Positions 9,230 through 16,806 of a stretch of 33,148 nt of DNA are shown here, piece by piece. Every line of letters starts with the position of its first letter. Within the stretch, counting starts at the first letter, position 1. Origin of the DNA: an uncultured Gammaproteobacteria bacterium (GTDB taxonomy: Bacteria; Patescibacteriota; Microgenomatia; Daviesbacterales; UBA10151); the NCBI GenBank assembly GCA_964637465.1, contig CAZWTE010000002.1:1-33148 (forward strand), given 5' to 3'. Under the pieces are notes generated by a model that saw only the letters and a program-made list of their open reading frames with translations, ran no database searches and was not told the origin of the DNA. The position numbers were made by a program, and so were the translations under genes.

Positions 9230-9816
9230 AGTTTTCCTTTCGTTGAAGGAATTTGATTGGCAATTTTCCGGTTTCTTTGACAAGCCATATTAATGGCCCG
9301 GGCCGTTGCTTTAAAAATTGCCTCAATTTTGTGATGCTCATTTTCCCCGTACTCCACCTTAATAAATAGATTTACCCTGGCATTTTGGGCAAAAGAGTCC
9401 CAAAAGTGTTTAACTAACTCTGTCGGTAAATCTCCGACTTTTTCTTTGTTTATTGGACACTCGAATCTAAAAGAGTACCTGCCGGCAAAATCTATCGCCA
9501 CCGTGGCAATTGCTTCATCCATAGGCAGGATAAAAAAGCCATAGCGGTTAATACCCTTCTTTTCTCCCAGGGCTTTTGCAAAGGTTTCCCCTAAAACAAT
9601 TGCGACATCCTCAACTGTGTGATGCTCGTCAACCCAAGTATCACCTATGGCTTTAATGTCCAAATCAAATAGTCCTTGTTTGCTAAATAAATCCAACATG
9701 TGGTTTAAAAAACCAATCGGTGTATCTATTTTTCTTTGGCCGGTGCCATCAATATTCAGAGCAATTTTGATATTGGTCTCGCTGGTTTTTCTTTGAACTA
9801 TTGCCTGGCGTTTCAT
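9226..9816 (-). CDS. hisB: imidazoleglycerol-phosphate dehydratase
   Basis: RKTSETNI; DEHHTVEDVAI; GENEHHKIEAIFKA. It forms an ATGA overlap with the stop of the upstream hisC fusion gene. Confidence 0.93.
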   Translation of the reverse strand: MKRQAIVQRKTSETNIKIALNIDGTGQRKIDTPIGFLNHMLDLFSKQGLFDLDIKAIGDTWVDEHHTVEDVAIVLGETFAKALGEKKGINRYGFFILPMDEAIATVAIDFAGRYSFRFECPINKEKVGDLPTELVKHFWDSFAQNARVNLFIKVEYGENEHHKIEAIFKATARAINMACQRNRKIANQIPSTKGKL

Positions 9817-11348
9817 TTTTTTACTCCCTGAGTTAGCGCCTGGTAAAAGTTACCGTTAGTTTGCATCGGGATAAACTTAATGCCGATATTTTCGGCAAAA
9901 AGTTTGTCAGTATTCCTGTCCCCACACATAAAAGAGTTGTTTTTATCTATTAGGTTTTCTCTTAAGAATTTTTTCAGCAAACCGGTTTTAGGTTTTCGGC
10001 AGCCGCAGTTTTTTTCCGGCAGGTGAGGGCAAACATAAATTCTGGTAAATTTAATGTTGTTTTGTTTAAAAATAGCGAGCATTTTATCCTGGGGCGCTTG
10101 AAAACTGGTTTTGGGAAATGAGGCAGTGCCAATGCCATTTTGATTGGTGACCATGATTAGTTCGTATCCGCTCCTAATCAGTTTTTGCAGGCCGGCAATA
10201 ACACCATCTAAGATTTTTAATTTCTTGATATTGTCAATTTGGAAGGTATCCTGTGGTTCAAAAATTAAGGTACCGTCCCTGTCCAGAAATGCGTATTTTT
10301 TTAACATTATTTTTTTATAAATCCTGATAAACTCCTTCATTTGGTTAACGGTTCCAATACTAACGCGCAGCATATCTTTATGAGGCCGTACTGAAATGCC
10401 GGTATCTTTTAAGCTCTTAATTATATTTTTTTGATCCGGTTCAAAAAGTAAAAAATTACCTGAGGACGGGTAAAAAATTATTTTTTCTTTGGCAAAAAAT
10501 TCTTCAACCAGCGGTTTTGCCTTATTCATAACTTCATCTACATACATTTGCATATTTTTCCGGTCATCTAGCGCAGCAGATGCAGCTGTATATGCAAACA
10601 TACTTACAGCATATGGGCCTCGGACTTTTAATAACTCACTGATATATTTTTCTGAAGCAATGATATAGCCTATCCGGAGCGACGAGAGGCCGAATGCTTT
10701 TGATAAAGTACGGACAATAATAATGTTGGGGTATTTTTTGATCAGAGGGATGGCGGTAACTTTGGAAAATTCAAAATATGCTTCATCTGCCAGGATGATG
10801 GCGTTTGGAGCTTTCTTGGCGATTGCTTCGATATCCGTAATGGGCACTAACGTTCCTGTTGGATTGTTGGGATTACAAATAACAATTAGCTTGACTGATT
10901 TATTAATCATGCCCAGTAACCGCTTTAAAGAAAATGATAAATCTGATTTTGCATATAAAGGGCGAAGTATTTTATTTCCAGCTATTTTAGCGCATTGATA
11001 AAACATGGCAAAGGAGGGGGTGGGAATAATGACAGTATTAGTTTTTTCAGTAAATGTCCGAAAGATAAGATCAATTGCCTGATCGGAGCCGTTAGTAATC
11101 ATGACTTGATTGGTATTCATACCAGCATACCTGGCTAACTTTTTTTCCAGTTTGCCATACTCGGGATAAAGTTGTAATTTGTCGGCGTTCAACAGATTTT
11201 GGATGGCTTGTTTAACTTTTGGTGAAGGAGGTGTTGTCCTTTCGTTAAAATCCAAAAGTAAGCCACGAAAATCCCGCCGGCCAGCCAGGGGCGGGTTATA
11301 TAGTTCCATTTTTTGTATTTTCAATAACGCCAAATTTTTCATTTTCAT
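9813..11348 (-). CDS. hisC: fusion protein: histidinol-phosphate aminotransferase (N-terminal, about aa 1-347) plus HAD-type histidinol-phosphatase domain (C-terminal, about aa 348-511)
   Basis: N-terminal domain: CNPNNPTG and TLSKAFGLSSLRIGY (PLP Lys). C-terminal domain: FLDRDGTLI (DxDGT), VTNQNGI and CPHLPEKNCGCRKP, a Zn motif typical of the HisB-N/GmhB family. The reading frame is continuous, with the domain junction near nt 10307. Confidence 0.85.
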   Translation of the reverse strand: MKMKNLALLKIQKMELYNPPLAGRRDFRGLLLDFNERTTPPSPKVKQAIQNLLNADKLQLYPEYGKLEKKLARYAGMNTNQVMITNGSDQAIDLIFRTFTEKTNTVIIPTPSFAMFYQCAKIAGNKILRPLYAKSDLSFSLKRLLGMINKSVKLIVICNPNNPTGTLVPITDIEAIAKKAPNAIILADEAYFEFSKVTAIPLIKKYPNIIIVRTLSKAFGLSSLRIGYIIASEKYISELLKVRGPYAVSMFAYTAASAALDDRKNMQMYVDEVMNKAKPLVEEFFAKEKIIFYPSSGNFLLFEPDQKNIIKSLKDTGISVRPHKDMLRVSIGTVNQMKEFIRIYKKIMLKKYAFLDRDGTLIFEPQDTFQIDNIKKLKILDGVIAGLQKLIRSGYELIMVTNQNGIGTASFPKTSFQAPQDKMLAIFKQNNIKFTRIYVCPHLPEKNCGCRKPKTGLLKKFLRENLIDKNNSFMCGDRNTDKLFAENIGIKFIPMQTNGNFYQALTQGVKK

Positions 11349-11352
11349 AGGT

Positions 11353-12639
11353 TTAAAATCTGACTAAAACAGAATTTTTGTGAGCCGGCAGTTGCTCTAC
11401 TTCTGCAATAGTTCCGATTGCTTCTTTAATTTCGAGTAATCCGTTTTTGGTACATTTTTGGACTTGCATCCACTTGCCAAAAGCCTCTATCCCTAAAGGC
11501 GGGTGCATTTTGGCTGTGCCGCCCGTTGGCAAGACATGATTTGCTCCGGTGGCATAATCACCGCTTGATTTGGTTGTATAATCACCCAGGAAAACAGAAC
11601 CGGCATTAGTAATCTTGTTAACTAATTGCTCAGGTTTTTTTGTCATGATTTCCAAGTGCTCGGAAGCATACCGGTTAGCAAATTCAACTGCTTCGTCTAG
11701 TGAACCAACAATGGCAAATAAGCCATATTTTTCTAAAGATGTTTTAGCTCTTTCTTGAGTAGCCAGTTTTGGTAATTGTTTAGTAATCTCTTTGATTGTT
11801 TCTTCCGCCAGCAGTTTTGATGTGGTTAACAGGATGCAAGCGGAATCTGGGCCGTGTTCAGCGTCTGCTAATAAATCTGCTGCAATGAATTTGGGGTTGG
11901 CTGTGTCGTCCGCAATAATCAATACTTCAGAAGGTCCGGCCGGCATATCAATACTGATAGTTTGCAAGGCCAGTATTTTTGCGGCTGTGACATAAAGATT
12001 TCCTGCTCCAAAAATTTTATAGACACTGGGAATAGTGTTCGTACCATAAACCATGGCAGCAATTGCTTCTGCGCCACCAACTTTATAGATCTTTTTTATT
12101 CCTAACATATCAGCTGCCATTAAAGTTGGGGCAGGAGTTTTACCATCTGACTTGGCAGGGGAGCACATAATAATTTCTTTACAGCCAGCTACTTGGGCCG
12201 GGATCGCTGTCATTAAAACAGAAGAAGGGTAAACTGCTTTGCCACCCGGCACATAAATGCCCACTTTTTCAATTGGCCGCCAAACTCTCCAGACTGAAAT
12301 GCCTTTTTCGGTCTTCACAACAGTGTCTTTTTTGTTTTTCAGTTGGGCTTTTTGGACAGCGGTTATATTTTTGATCATTTGGTTTATTGATTTAATGAAC
12401 TTTCTATCTACATTCTGATAAGCCTTTTTGATTTCATCCCCGGTAACTTGTATTGAAAAAGGGGTCGGGCTGCCGGAAAACTTTTGGGAATATTTAATCA
12501 AAGCTTGATCGCCATTTTGCTTAACATCTTCCATGATTTTTTTAACCACCGGGATTACCTCCAGATAATTTTCGGAGGATCGTTTCATTATTTTTTTGTA
12601 ATCCTTTTTTGATAAGTCTTTTAAGTTAATGATTTTCAT
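11353..12639 (-). CDS. hisD: histidinol dehydrogenase
   Basis: [10 protein letters not shown]; AEHGPDS; SEHLEI; [15 protein letters not shown]. It forms an ATGA overlap with the hisG stop. Confidence 0.93.
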   Translation of the reverse strand: MKIINLKDLSKKDYKKIMKRSSENYLEVIPVVKKIMEDVKQNGDQALIKYSQKFSGSPTPFSIQVTGDEIKKAYQNVDRKFIKSINQMIKNITAVQKAQLKNKKDTVVKTEKGISVWRVWRPIEKVGIYVPGGKAVYPSSVLMTAIPAQVAGCKEIIMCSPAKSDGKTPAPTLMAADMLGIKKIYKVGGAEAIAAMVYGTNTIPSVYKIFGAGNLYVTAAKILALQTISIDMPAGPSEVLIIADDTANPKFIAADLLADAEHGPDSACILLTTSKLLAEETIKEITKQLPKLATQERAKTSLEKYGLFAIVGSLDEAVEFANRYASEHLEIMTKKPEQLVNKITNAGSVFLGDYTTKSSGDYATGANHVLPTGGTAKMHPPLGIEAFGKWMQVQKCTKNGLLEIKEAIGTIAEVEQLPAHKNSVLVRF

Positions 12640-13283
12640 ATGATTATTTTTTCAAATTGCGCCACTAGCTTGCCTAATAGGATTTTTCTGCCATTTAACA
12701 ATGATTGTTTGTTTGAAATAAGTACTGTTTCAGAATTATATATTTTGGTAAGTATTCTTAAATCATTTACAGCAAGCGTGCGACCGGTTGAAGTAATATC
12801 AACTATGGCTTGTGCTATACCTAAGGCAGGAGCAATTTCAACAGATCCGCCTATGCGGGTAATCTTCACGGTAATACGGTTTTCTTTAAAGAAATTTTTT
12901 GTGGATTTTGGGTAGGTTGTAGCGATAGTTTTATTTTCTAAATCACTTAATTTTGTAATTTTTGATTCTTTTGGAACTGCTAGAACCAGTGAGCAAAACC
13001 CATATTTTAGATTGAGCAGCTTTTTTACTTTTGGCTTTTTTTCATTAAGCATATTCTGACCCAAAATGCCCAAATCAACCACGCCGGAGGCAACATAACC
13101 AGGAATGTCGTTGTTGCGGACGTAAAGAATTTCCAGGGGGAAATTTCGGCATAGGGAAAACAGCCTTTGTTTATAGCTTTCAAACTCCAGGCCGGATTTG
13201 CGCAAAAATTCCAGCGTTTCTTCGGTCAAACGTCCTTCTTTTTGAATTGCCAATTTTAAATTTTTAATACTTAAACTTGTCAT
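12636..13283 (-). CDS. hisG: ATP phosphoribosyltransferase, short form (about 215 aa, no C-terminal regulatory domain)
   Basis: LKLAIQKEGRL...DIPGYVASGVVDLGILG...DITSTGRTL. I placed the start at ATG 13283, which follows GAAAGGAAGG; the track start at 13331 lies inside the terminator hairpin. Confidence 0.88.
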   Translation of the reverse strand: MTSLSIKNLKLAIQKEGRLTEETLEFLRKSGLEFESYKQRLFSLCRNFPLEILYVRNNDIPGYVASGVVDLGILGQNMLNEKKPKVKKLLNLKYGFCSLVLAVPKESKITKLSDLENKTIATTYPKSTKNFFKENRITVKITRIGGSVEIAPALGIAQAIVDITSTGRTLAVNDLRILTKIYNSETVLISNKQSLLNGRKILLGKLVAQFEKIII

Positions 13284-13295
13284 ACCTTCCTTTCT

Positions 13296-13632
13296 AAGCC
13301 AACAAAAAACCTTCCGTTCTTTGCCCACCACAAAACGTGATGAACAAGGAACGGAAGGTTCAAAAAAAGGACCCTTCGACTTAGCTCAGGGCTATAGCCT
13401 CCCGCGGTCCCATCCTTTGTTCCATGTACCGTTACTGGTACGTGGCTCTTAGTGGCGACTTTGGTTTTCCAACATCGTCTGTTTCATTTTACGGTTAAAC
13501 TTCCGGCAAGTATTTGGCTTGCAGCCATGAACCAGAATAAATTCGGTTCATGGTCCTGAAGTGAAACTTTGTTTCTACTTCATGGACTCCTGGATCGTGA
13601 CTCCAGTGAAACGCTTTTGAATATTTAGTTGT
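13296..13632 (-). promoter_or_regulatory. candidate T-box riboswitch leader specific for tRNA-His, controlling the his operon
   Basis: T-box core AAAGGAUGGGACCGCG (13420-13403) matches the consensus AGGGUGGNACCGCG at all but one position. Helix A1 is GAACAAAGGA (13422-13413) paired with UCCUUGUUC (13350-13342). The 7-nt bulge is UGGGACC (13412-13406). Helix A2 is GCGGGAGG (13405-13398) paired with CCUUCCGU (13358-13351). The 3' strand of the antiterminator is the 5' strand of the terminator. The first leader hairpin displays CAC in its loop (13599-13597). Confidence 0.65.
13301..13360 (-). terminator. intrinsic terminator (attenuator) immediately upstream of the hisG RBS
   Basis: Minus strand reads AACCUUCCGUUC CUUGUU CAUCAC GUUUU GUGGUG GGCAAA GAACGGAAGGUU, a roughly 23-bp near-continuous hairpin at 13360-13308. 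It is followed by UUUUUGUU. Confidence 0.75.
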
Positions 13633-13638
13633 GTAATT

Positions 13639-13666
13639 AGTATAACACAAAAATTATACCTGTCAA
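13639..13666 (-). promoter_or_regulatory. candidate sigma70-type promoter of the his leader (TTGACA-16 nt-TATACT)
   Basis: Minus strand reads TTGACA (13666-13661), a 16-nt spacer ending in TGT, then TATACT (13644-13639). Confidence 0.5.
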
Positions 13667-13793
13667 ATTTACTATCGGTTAGAGTACAGGCCTGATAAGG
13701 GGATTCGTTTTAGAACTTAATTTAATGCAAAGTGTTTAATGTTCACAAGTATGGGGATGCGGCGGATTTACAATATGTGGTATATTAAAAATT

Positions 13794-14876
13794 GTGAAAA
13801 TTGTTATTTTTGCGGGCGGAGTTGGGACCAGGCTGTGGCCGTTGTCTAGAAAGAATACCCCCAAACAGTTTGAGAAGATTATTAATGATCAGTCTTTACT
13901 GCAGATAGCTGTTTCCAAAGTCTTCCCTGATTTTACCTGGAATGATGTTTTTATCTCCACCAACAAGCAGTACGAAGATATTTTAAAAAAGCAATTTCCG
14001 GAGATTCCGCAAGAGAATCTCATTTTTGAACCGGCCATGCGGGATGTTGGCCCGGCCGTTGGGTTAATGGCGGCCAATTTTGTTAAAAGAAATCCTGATG
14101 AGCAAATAGCTATTTTGTGGGGGGATCATTTAATTAAAAAAGCTGAAGAATTTAGAAAAGCTTTGAAAATTGCCGAGAAATTAAGCCGGGAAGATACAGA
14201 TAGGATTATTTTTGTTGGCCAAAAGCCCCGTTTTGCCTCTGTTAATTTGGGTTATATTGAATTTGGTGAAGAGGTGAAGAAAGAAGGGGATGTGCCGGTG
14301 TATGAATTTAAGGGTTTTAAATACAGGCCCGATGAGGAAACAGCCAAAAGCTTTTTGGCAGATAATCAACATGCCTGGAATTTAGGTTATTTTGTGACTA
14401 CCCCTAAGTTTTTATGGCAGTCTTATAAACGGTTTGTCCCGGAGTTGTTTGTAAAATTAAAGCAGATTTCAGATTCAGTTGATACTCCTGATTATGAAAA
14501 GGTTTTGGATGAGGTTTATCCCCAAATGGAAAAGGTTTCTTTTGATAATGCCATTTTGGAAAACCTTGATCCCGTAAACGGCTTGGTTTTATCAGTTGAC
14601 ATTGGCTGGAGTGATGTAGGGGCTTGGGAAGCTTTGAAAGAGGCATTGGAAAATTCTCCTGAAGATAATGTCACTAAGGGAAATGTGGATCTGGTAGATT
14701 CAAAGGATAATTTAGTGTTTAATTACAACGACCCATTGGTGGTGGGGATTGATCTGGAAAATATGTTGGTGATTAATACCGGCGATGTGTTACTGGTTTG
14801 TCCCAAAACCTCTGTCCCCAAGATCAAAAAATATGTTGAGGGTTTAGCAGGAACTTCTAAAGAGAAGTTGGCCTAG
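13794..14876 (+). CDS. mannose-1-phosphate guanylyltransferase-like NDP-sugar pyrophosphorylase
   Basis: GTG start. N-terminal IFAGGVGTRLWPLSRKNTPKQF, the ManC/CpsB-type NTP-transferase signature. At 360 aa it lacks a PMI/cupin extension. Confidence 0.8.
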   Translation: MKIVIFAGGVGTRLWPLSRKNTPKQFEKIINDQSLLQIAVSKVFPDFTWNDVFISTNKQYEDILKKQFPEIPQENLIFEPAMRDVGPAVGLMAANFVKRNPDEQIAILWGDHLIKKAEEFRKALKIAEKLSREDTDRIIFVGQKPRFASVNLGYIEFGEEVKKEGDVPVYEFKGFKYRPDEETAKSFLADNQHAWNLGYFVTTPKFLWQSYKRFVPELFVKLKQISDSVDTPDYEKVLDEVYPQMEKVSFDNAILENLDPVNGLVLSVDIGWSDVGAWEALKEALENSPEDNVTKGNVDLVDSKDNLVFNYNDPLVVGIDLENMLVINTGDVLLVCPKTSVPKIKKYVEGLAGTSKEKLA

Positions 14877-15639
14877 GGGTTGCCCCAGCACCATTCGGTG
14901 CGGGGTAAACTGATTTGGTTGAAACTTGGGCTGAAGGAGTAGCAATCTTTTTAGGTTTTAAAATTGCACCTTGGGGTATGATATAAACAAAGCCGGCATC
15001 AAAAATACTATTTTTATCCTTATTTCCAGTCAAGATTACAAAATCATTCAGTTTGACTTTAGTTTGGGCAGGTAAATAAACAGCCACATTTTTAAATTCA
15101 TGATCTTTTAGAGTGGTTAATTGGTCAGAGACAGAAATAACTTGGCCCCAGAGGAAGGTTTTGGGCGGTAGTTTGGCAGGTGGCAGCAAGACAATTTTTT
15201 TAGCCGTTAATACCCCTGTCTCATCACTGTCACCTAAGGCAGCTATATAGTCTTCTTCGGCAACAGTTTTTAAAGAAACTTTTTGCTTTGATTTAATTTT
15301 TGTTTCAAAAACAGTGTCCTGATTTATGTTGACTATCTTGGGTCCTGACCCAGCCGCTAAAGTAATTGTAGTATCGGATTTTGATTTAATTTGTCCGGCA
15401 TAAGCTTTGTCTTTAAGCTTGCGGTTTACCTCCTGTTTTAACTTAGCAGCTTTGGAAGCGATCTCCTTTTTTAGCTCCTCAAGCTTAGCTTTGATATCGG
15501 CGGAGGGAGTGGATTCTGTTGCAGCAGCAGAAGTTAAAAGTAAAAAGTTAAAAGTTAAAAGTGCAATTAAAAAGTTAAAAGTTTTGAATTTTAAATTGAA
15601 TTTTTGAATTTTGAATTTTGATTTTTGACTTTTTATCAT
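14857..15639 (-). CDS. secreted/exported hypothetical protein (signal peptide, coiled-coil segment)
   Basis: The K/F-rich n-region and hydrophobic core (FLIALLTFNFLLLTSAAA) are followed by a KLEELKKEIASKAAKLKQE coil. The N-terminal roughly 45 aa are encoded by AT-rich oligo-repeats. The start forms an ATGA overlap with the stop of the upstream gene (15636-16070). Confidence 0.6.
   Translation of the reverse strand: MIKSQKSKFKIQKFNLKFKTFNFLIALLTFNFLLLTSAAATESTPSADIKAKLEELKKEIASKAAKLKQEVNRKLKDKAYAGQIKSKSDTTITLAAGSGPKIVNINQDTVFETKIKSKQKVSLKTVAEEDYIAALGDSDETGVLTAKKIVLLPPAKLPPKTFLWGQVISVSDQLTTLKDHEFKNVAVYLPAQTKVKLNDFVILTGNKDKNSIFDAGFVYIIPQGAILKPKKIATPSAQVSTKSVYPAPNGAGATPRPTSL
15531..15632. repeat. 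AT-rich tandem oligo-repeats (AAGTTAAAAGT units, then TTTTGAAT units)
   Basis: The sequence reads aagttaaaagtaaaaagttaaaagttaaaagtg...gttaaaagttttgaattttaaattgaatttttgaattttgaattttgattttt. The first 20 nt are 19/20 identical to 21281-21300 inside pepN. Confidence 0.85.
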
Positions 15640-16070
15640 ATTTTCTCCTTTGAATAATATACTGTTCTCGCAGTTGATTTGGAATCGCCTGTTAGGTCAA
15701 AAATTACAGCCGTAATTCTGTTTACTCCCTCATCTAAATTTAAAACAGTAGAGAAAGAGCCGTCAGTTTTGGATTTAATAACCAGGTCATTAGTGTTTGT
15801 GGAGATTAAAACATTTATTGCCGGGGCTGTCTGACCTGAAACCACAATGGAGGGGGTAAGGGTTAGGGAATCATCATCCGGTTGATCTAAATCCAGCCGG
15901 AGAGTTTTTGGCGGGGTAGTCACCGGACCGTTGGCAAACATGCCCTGTGGCTTTTGGTACTGGATATTTAAAATATAATAAAGCCCGGCCAAAAATGCCA
16001 AACTAATGGTTAATATTAAAGCCTGGGATAAAATAAATTGTTTGGCGGATAATTTTTTTCCCAGTTTCAT
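15636..16070 (-). CDS. membrane-anchored protein with a bacterial Ig-like domain
   Basis: N-terminal TM segment (ALILTISLAFLAGLYYIL). The C-terminal pattern SGQTAPAINVLI...DGSFSTVLNLDEGVNRITAVIFD is typical of Big-type domains. Confidence 0.6.
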   Translation of the reverse strand: MKLGKKLSAKQFILSQALILTISLAFLAGLYYILNIQYQKPQGMFANGPVTTPPKTLRLDLDQPDDDSLTLTPSIVVSGQTAPAINVLISTNTNDLVIKSKTDGSFSTVLNLDEGVNRITAVIFDLTGDSKSTARTVYYSKEKI

Positions 16071-16144
16071 GGCGAGGATTTAATTTTAACATAATGAATT
16101 GAGGGATTGTTTGGTCATAAACTTTTTGTTAATATCTTTTCGCG

Positions 16145-16804
16145 ATGGATATCTACTGGTATGGACAAGCATGCTTTAAAATAAAGGGCAAAAATGCCAG
16201 TGTAATGATTGACCTGTATAACCCGGATTATACCGGTTTAAAGCTTCCTAAGGATATACAAACTGATTTAGCTTTGGTCACCCATGACCACGAAGACCAT
16301 AATTTTGTTTCAGTAGTTAAATCACCTCAAGGTTCTGTCCCGATGGTTTTTGATAAACCGGGGGAATATGAGGTGGCCGGAGTAGTCATAACCGGTATTA
16401 ATTCTTTCCATGATGATTCGCAAGGCAGGGAGAGGGGGGCAAACCTTATTTACCATTTGCTCTTTGATGGTTTGGATATTGTCCATTTAGGGGATTTGGG
16501 GCAAGGTAAATTAACCGAAGAACAGGTGGCGGGAATTGGCCAGACCGATATTTTGCTTATTCCGGTGGGAGGAATTTATACCATAGATGCTAAGATGGCT
16601 TCGGATATTGTCTCCCAACTGGAACCTAAAATCATCATTCCCATGCACTATAAACTAGACGGATTAAAGTTTGAGCTGGAAGGGGTGGAAAACTTTTTGA
16701 AGGAGATGGGAGCAGAAGGGGTGGTGCCACAGCCTAAGTTTTCAATTACTAAAGATAAGCTGCCAGAGGAACCACAGGTGATTTTGCTCGCAAAATCATC
16801 CTGA
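16145..16804 (+). CDS. metallo-beta-lactamase-fold hydrolase (UPF0173-like)
   Basis: The THDHEDH metal-binding motif is present. The approximately 220 aa size and overall layout fit small MBL-fold hydrolases. Confidence 0.75.
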   Translation: MDIYWYGQACFKIKGKNASVMIDLYNPDYTGLKLPKDIQTDLALVTHDHEDHNFVSVVKSPQGSVPMVFDKPGEYEVAGVVITGINSFHDDSQGRERGANLIYHLLFDGLDIVHLGDLGQGKLTEEQVAGIGQTDILLIPVGGIYTIDAKMASDIVSQLEPKIIIPMHYKLDGLKFELEGVENFLKEMGAEGVVPQPKFSITKDKLPEEPQVILLAKSS

Positions 16805-16806
16805 GT

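Noticed and set aside
5017-13331. Longer N-terminal extensions offered by the ORF track for rpmE (5034), hisE (7583), hisH (9283) and hisG (13331), and likewise lgt (24518) and tkt (30030)
   Set aside because: The extensions overlap the upstream gene or the terminator hairpin and add non-conserved residues. The internal starts coincide with conserved N-termini, and for the his genes with ATGA coupling.
13381-13400. tRNA-like D-loop string TAGCTCAGGGCTATAGC on the plus strand in the his leader region
   Set aside because: No acceptor stem, anticodon arm or T-arm (GTTCRANYC) can be built around it. It is better explained as part of the loop of the minus-strand T-box antiterminator.
13500-13560. 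SRP (4.5S) RNA-like strings (CAGGACC, GGCUGCAAGCC, GCCGGAAG) in the his leader
   Set aside because: The order and spacing do not reproduce the conserved domain IV motif (GGUCCGGAAGGAAGCAGCC). The region is better explained as T-box leader hairpins.
13400-13620. Classical leader-peptide attenuation of the his operon (His-codon run)
   Set aside because: The short minus-strand ORFs in the leader are MNRIYSGSWLQAKYLPEV, MKQTMLENQSRH and MEQRMGPREAIALS. They contain at most one His codon and no tandem His run.
15531-15632. Possible CRISPR array or minisatellite from the regular AT-rich repeats
   Set aside because: The units are only 8-11 nt, directly abutting, with no unique spacers. They lie inside a coding region, and no cas genes are present in the window.
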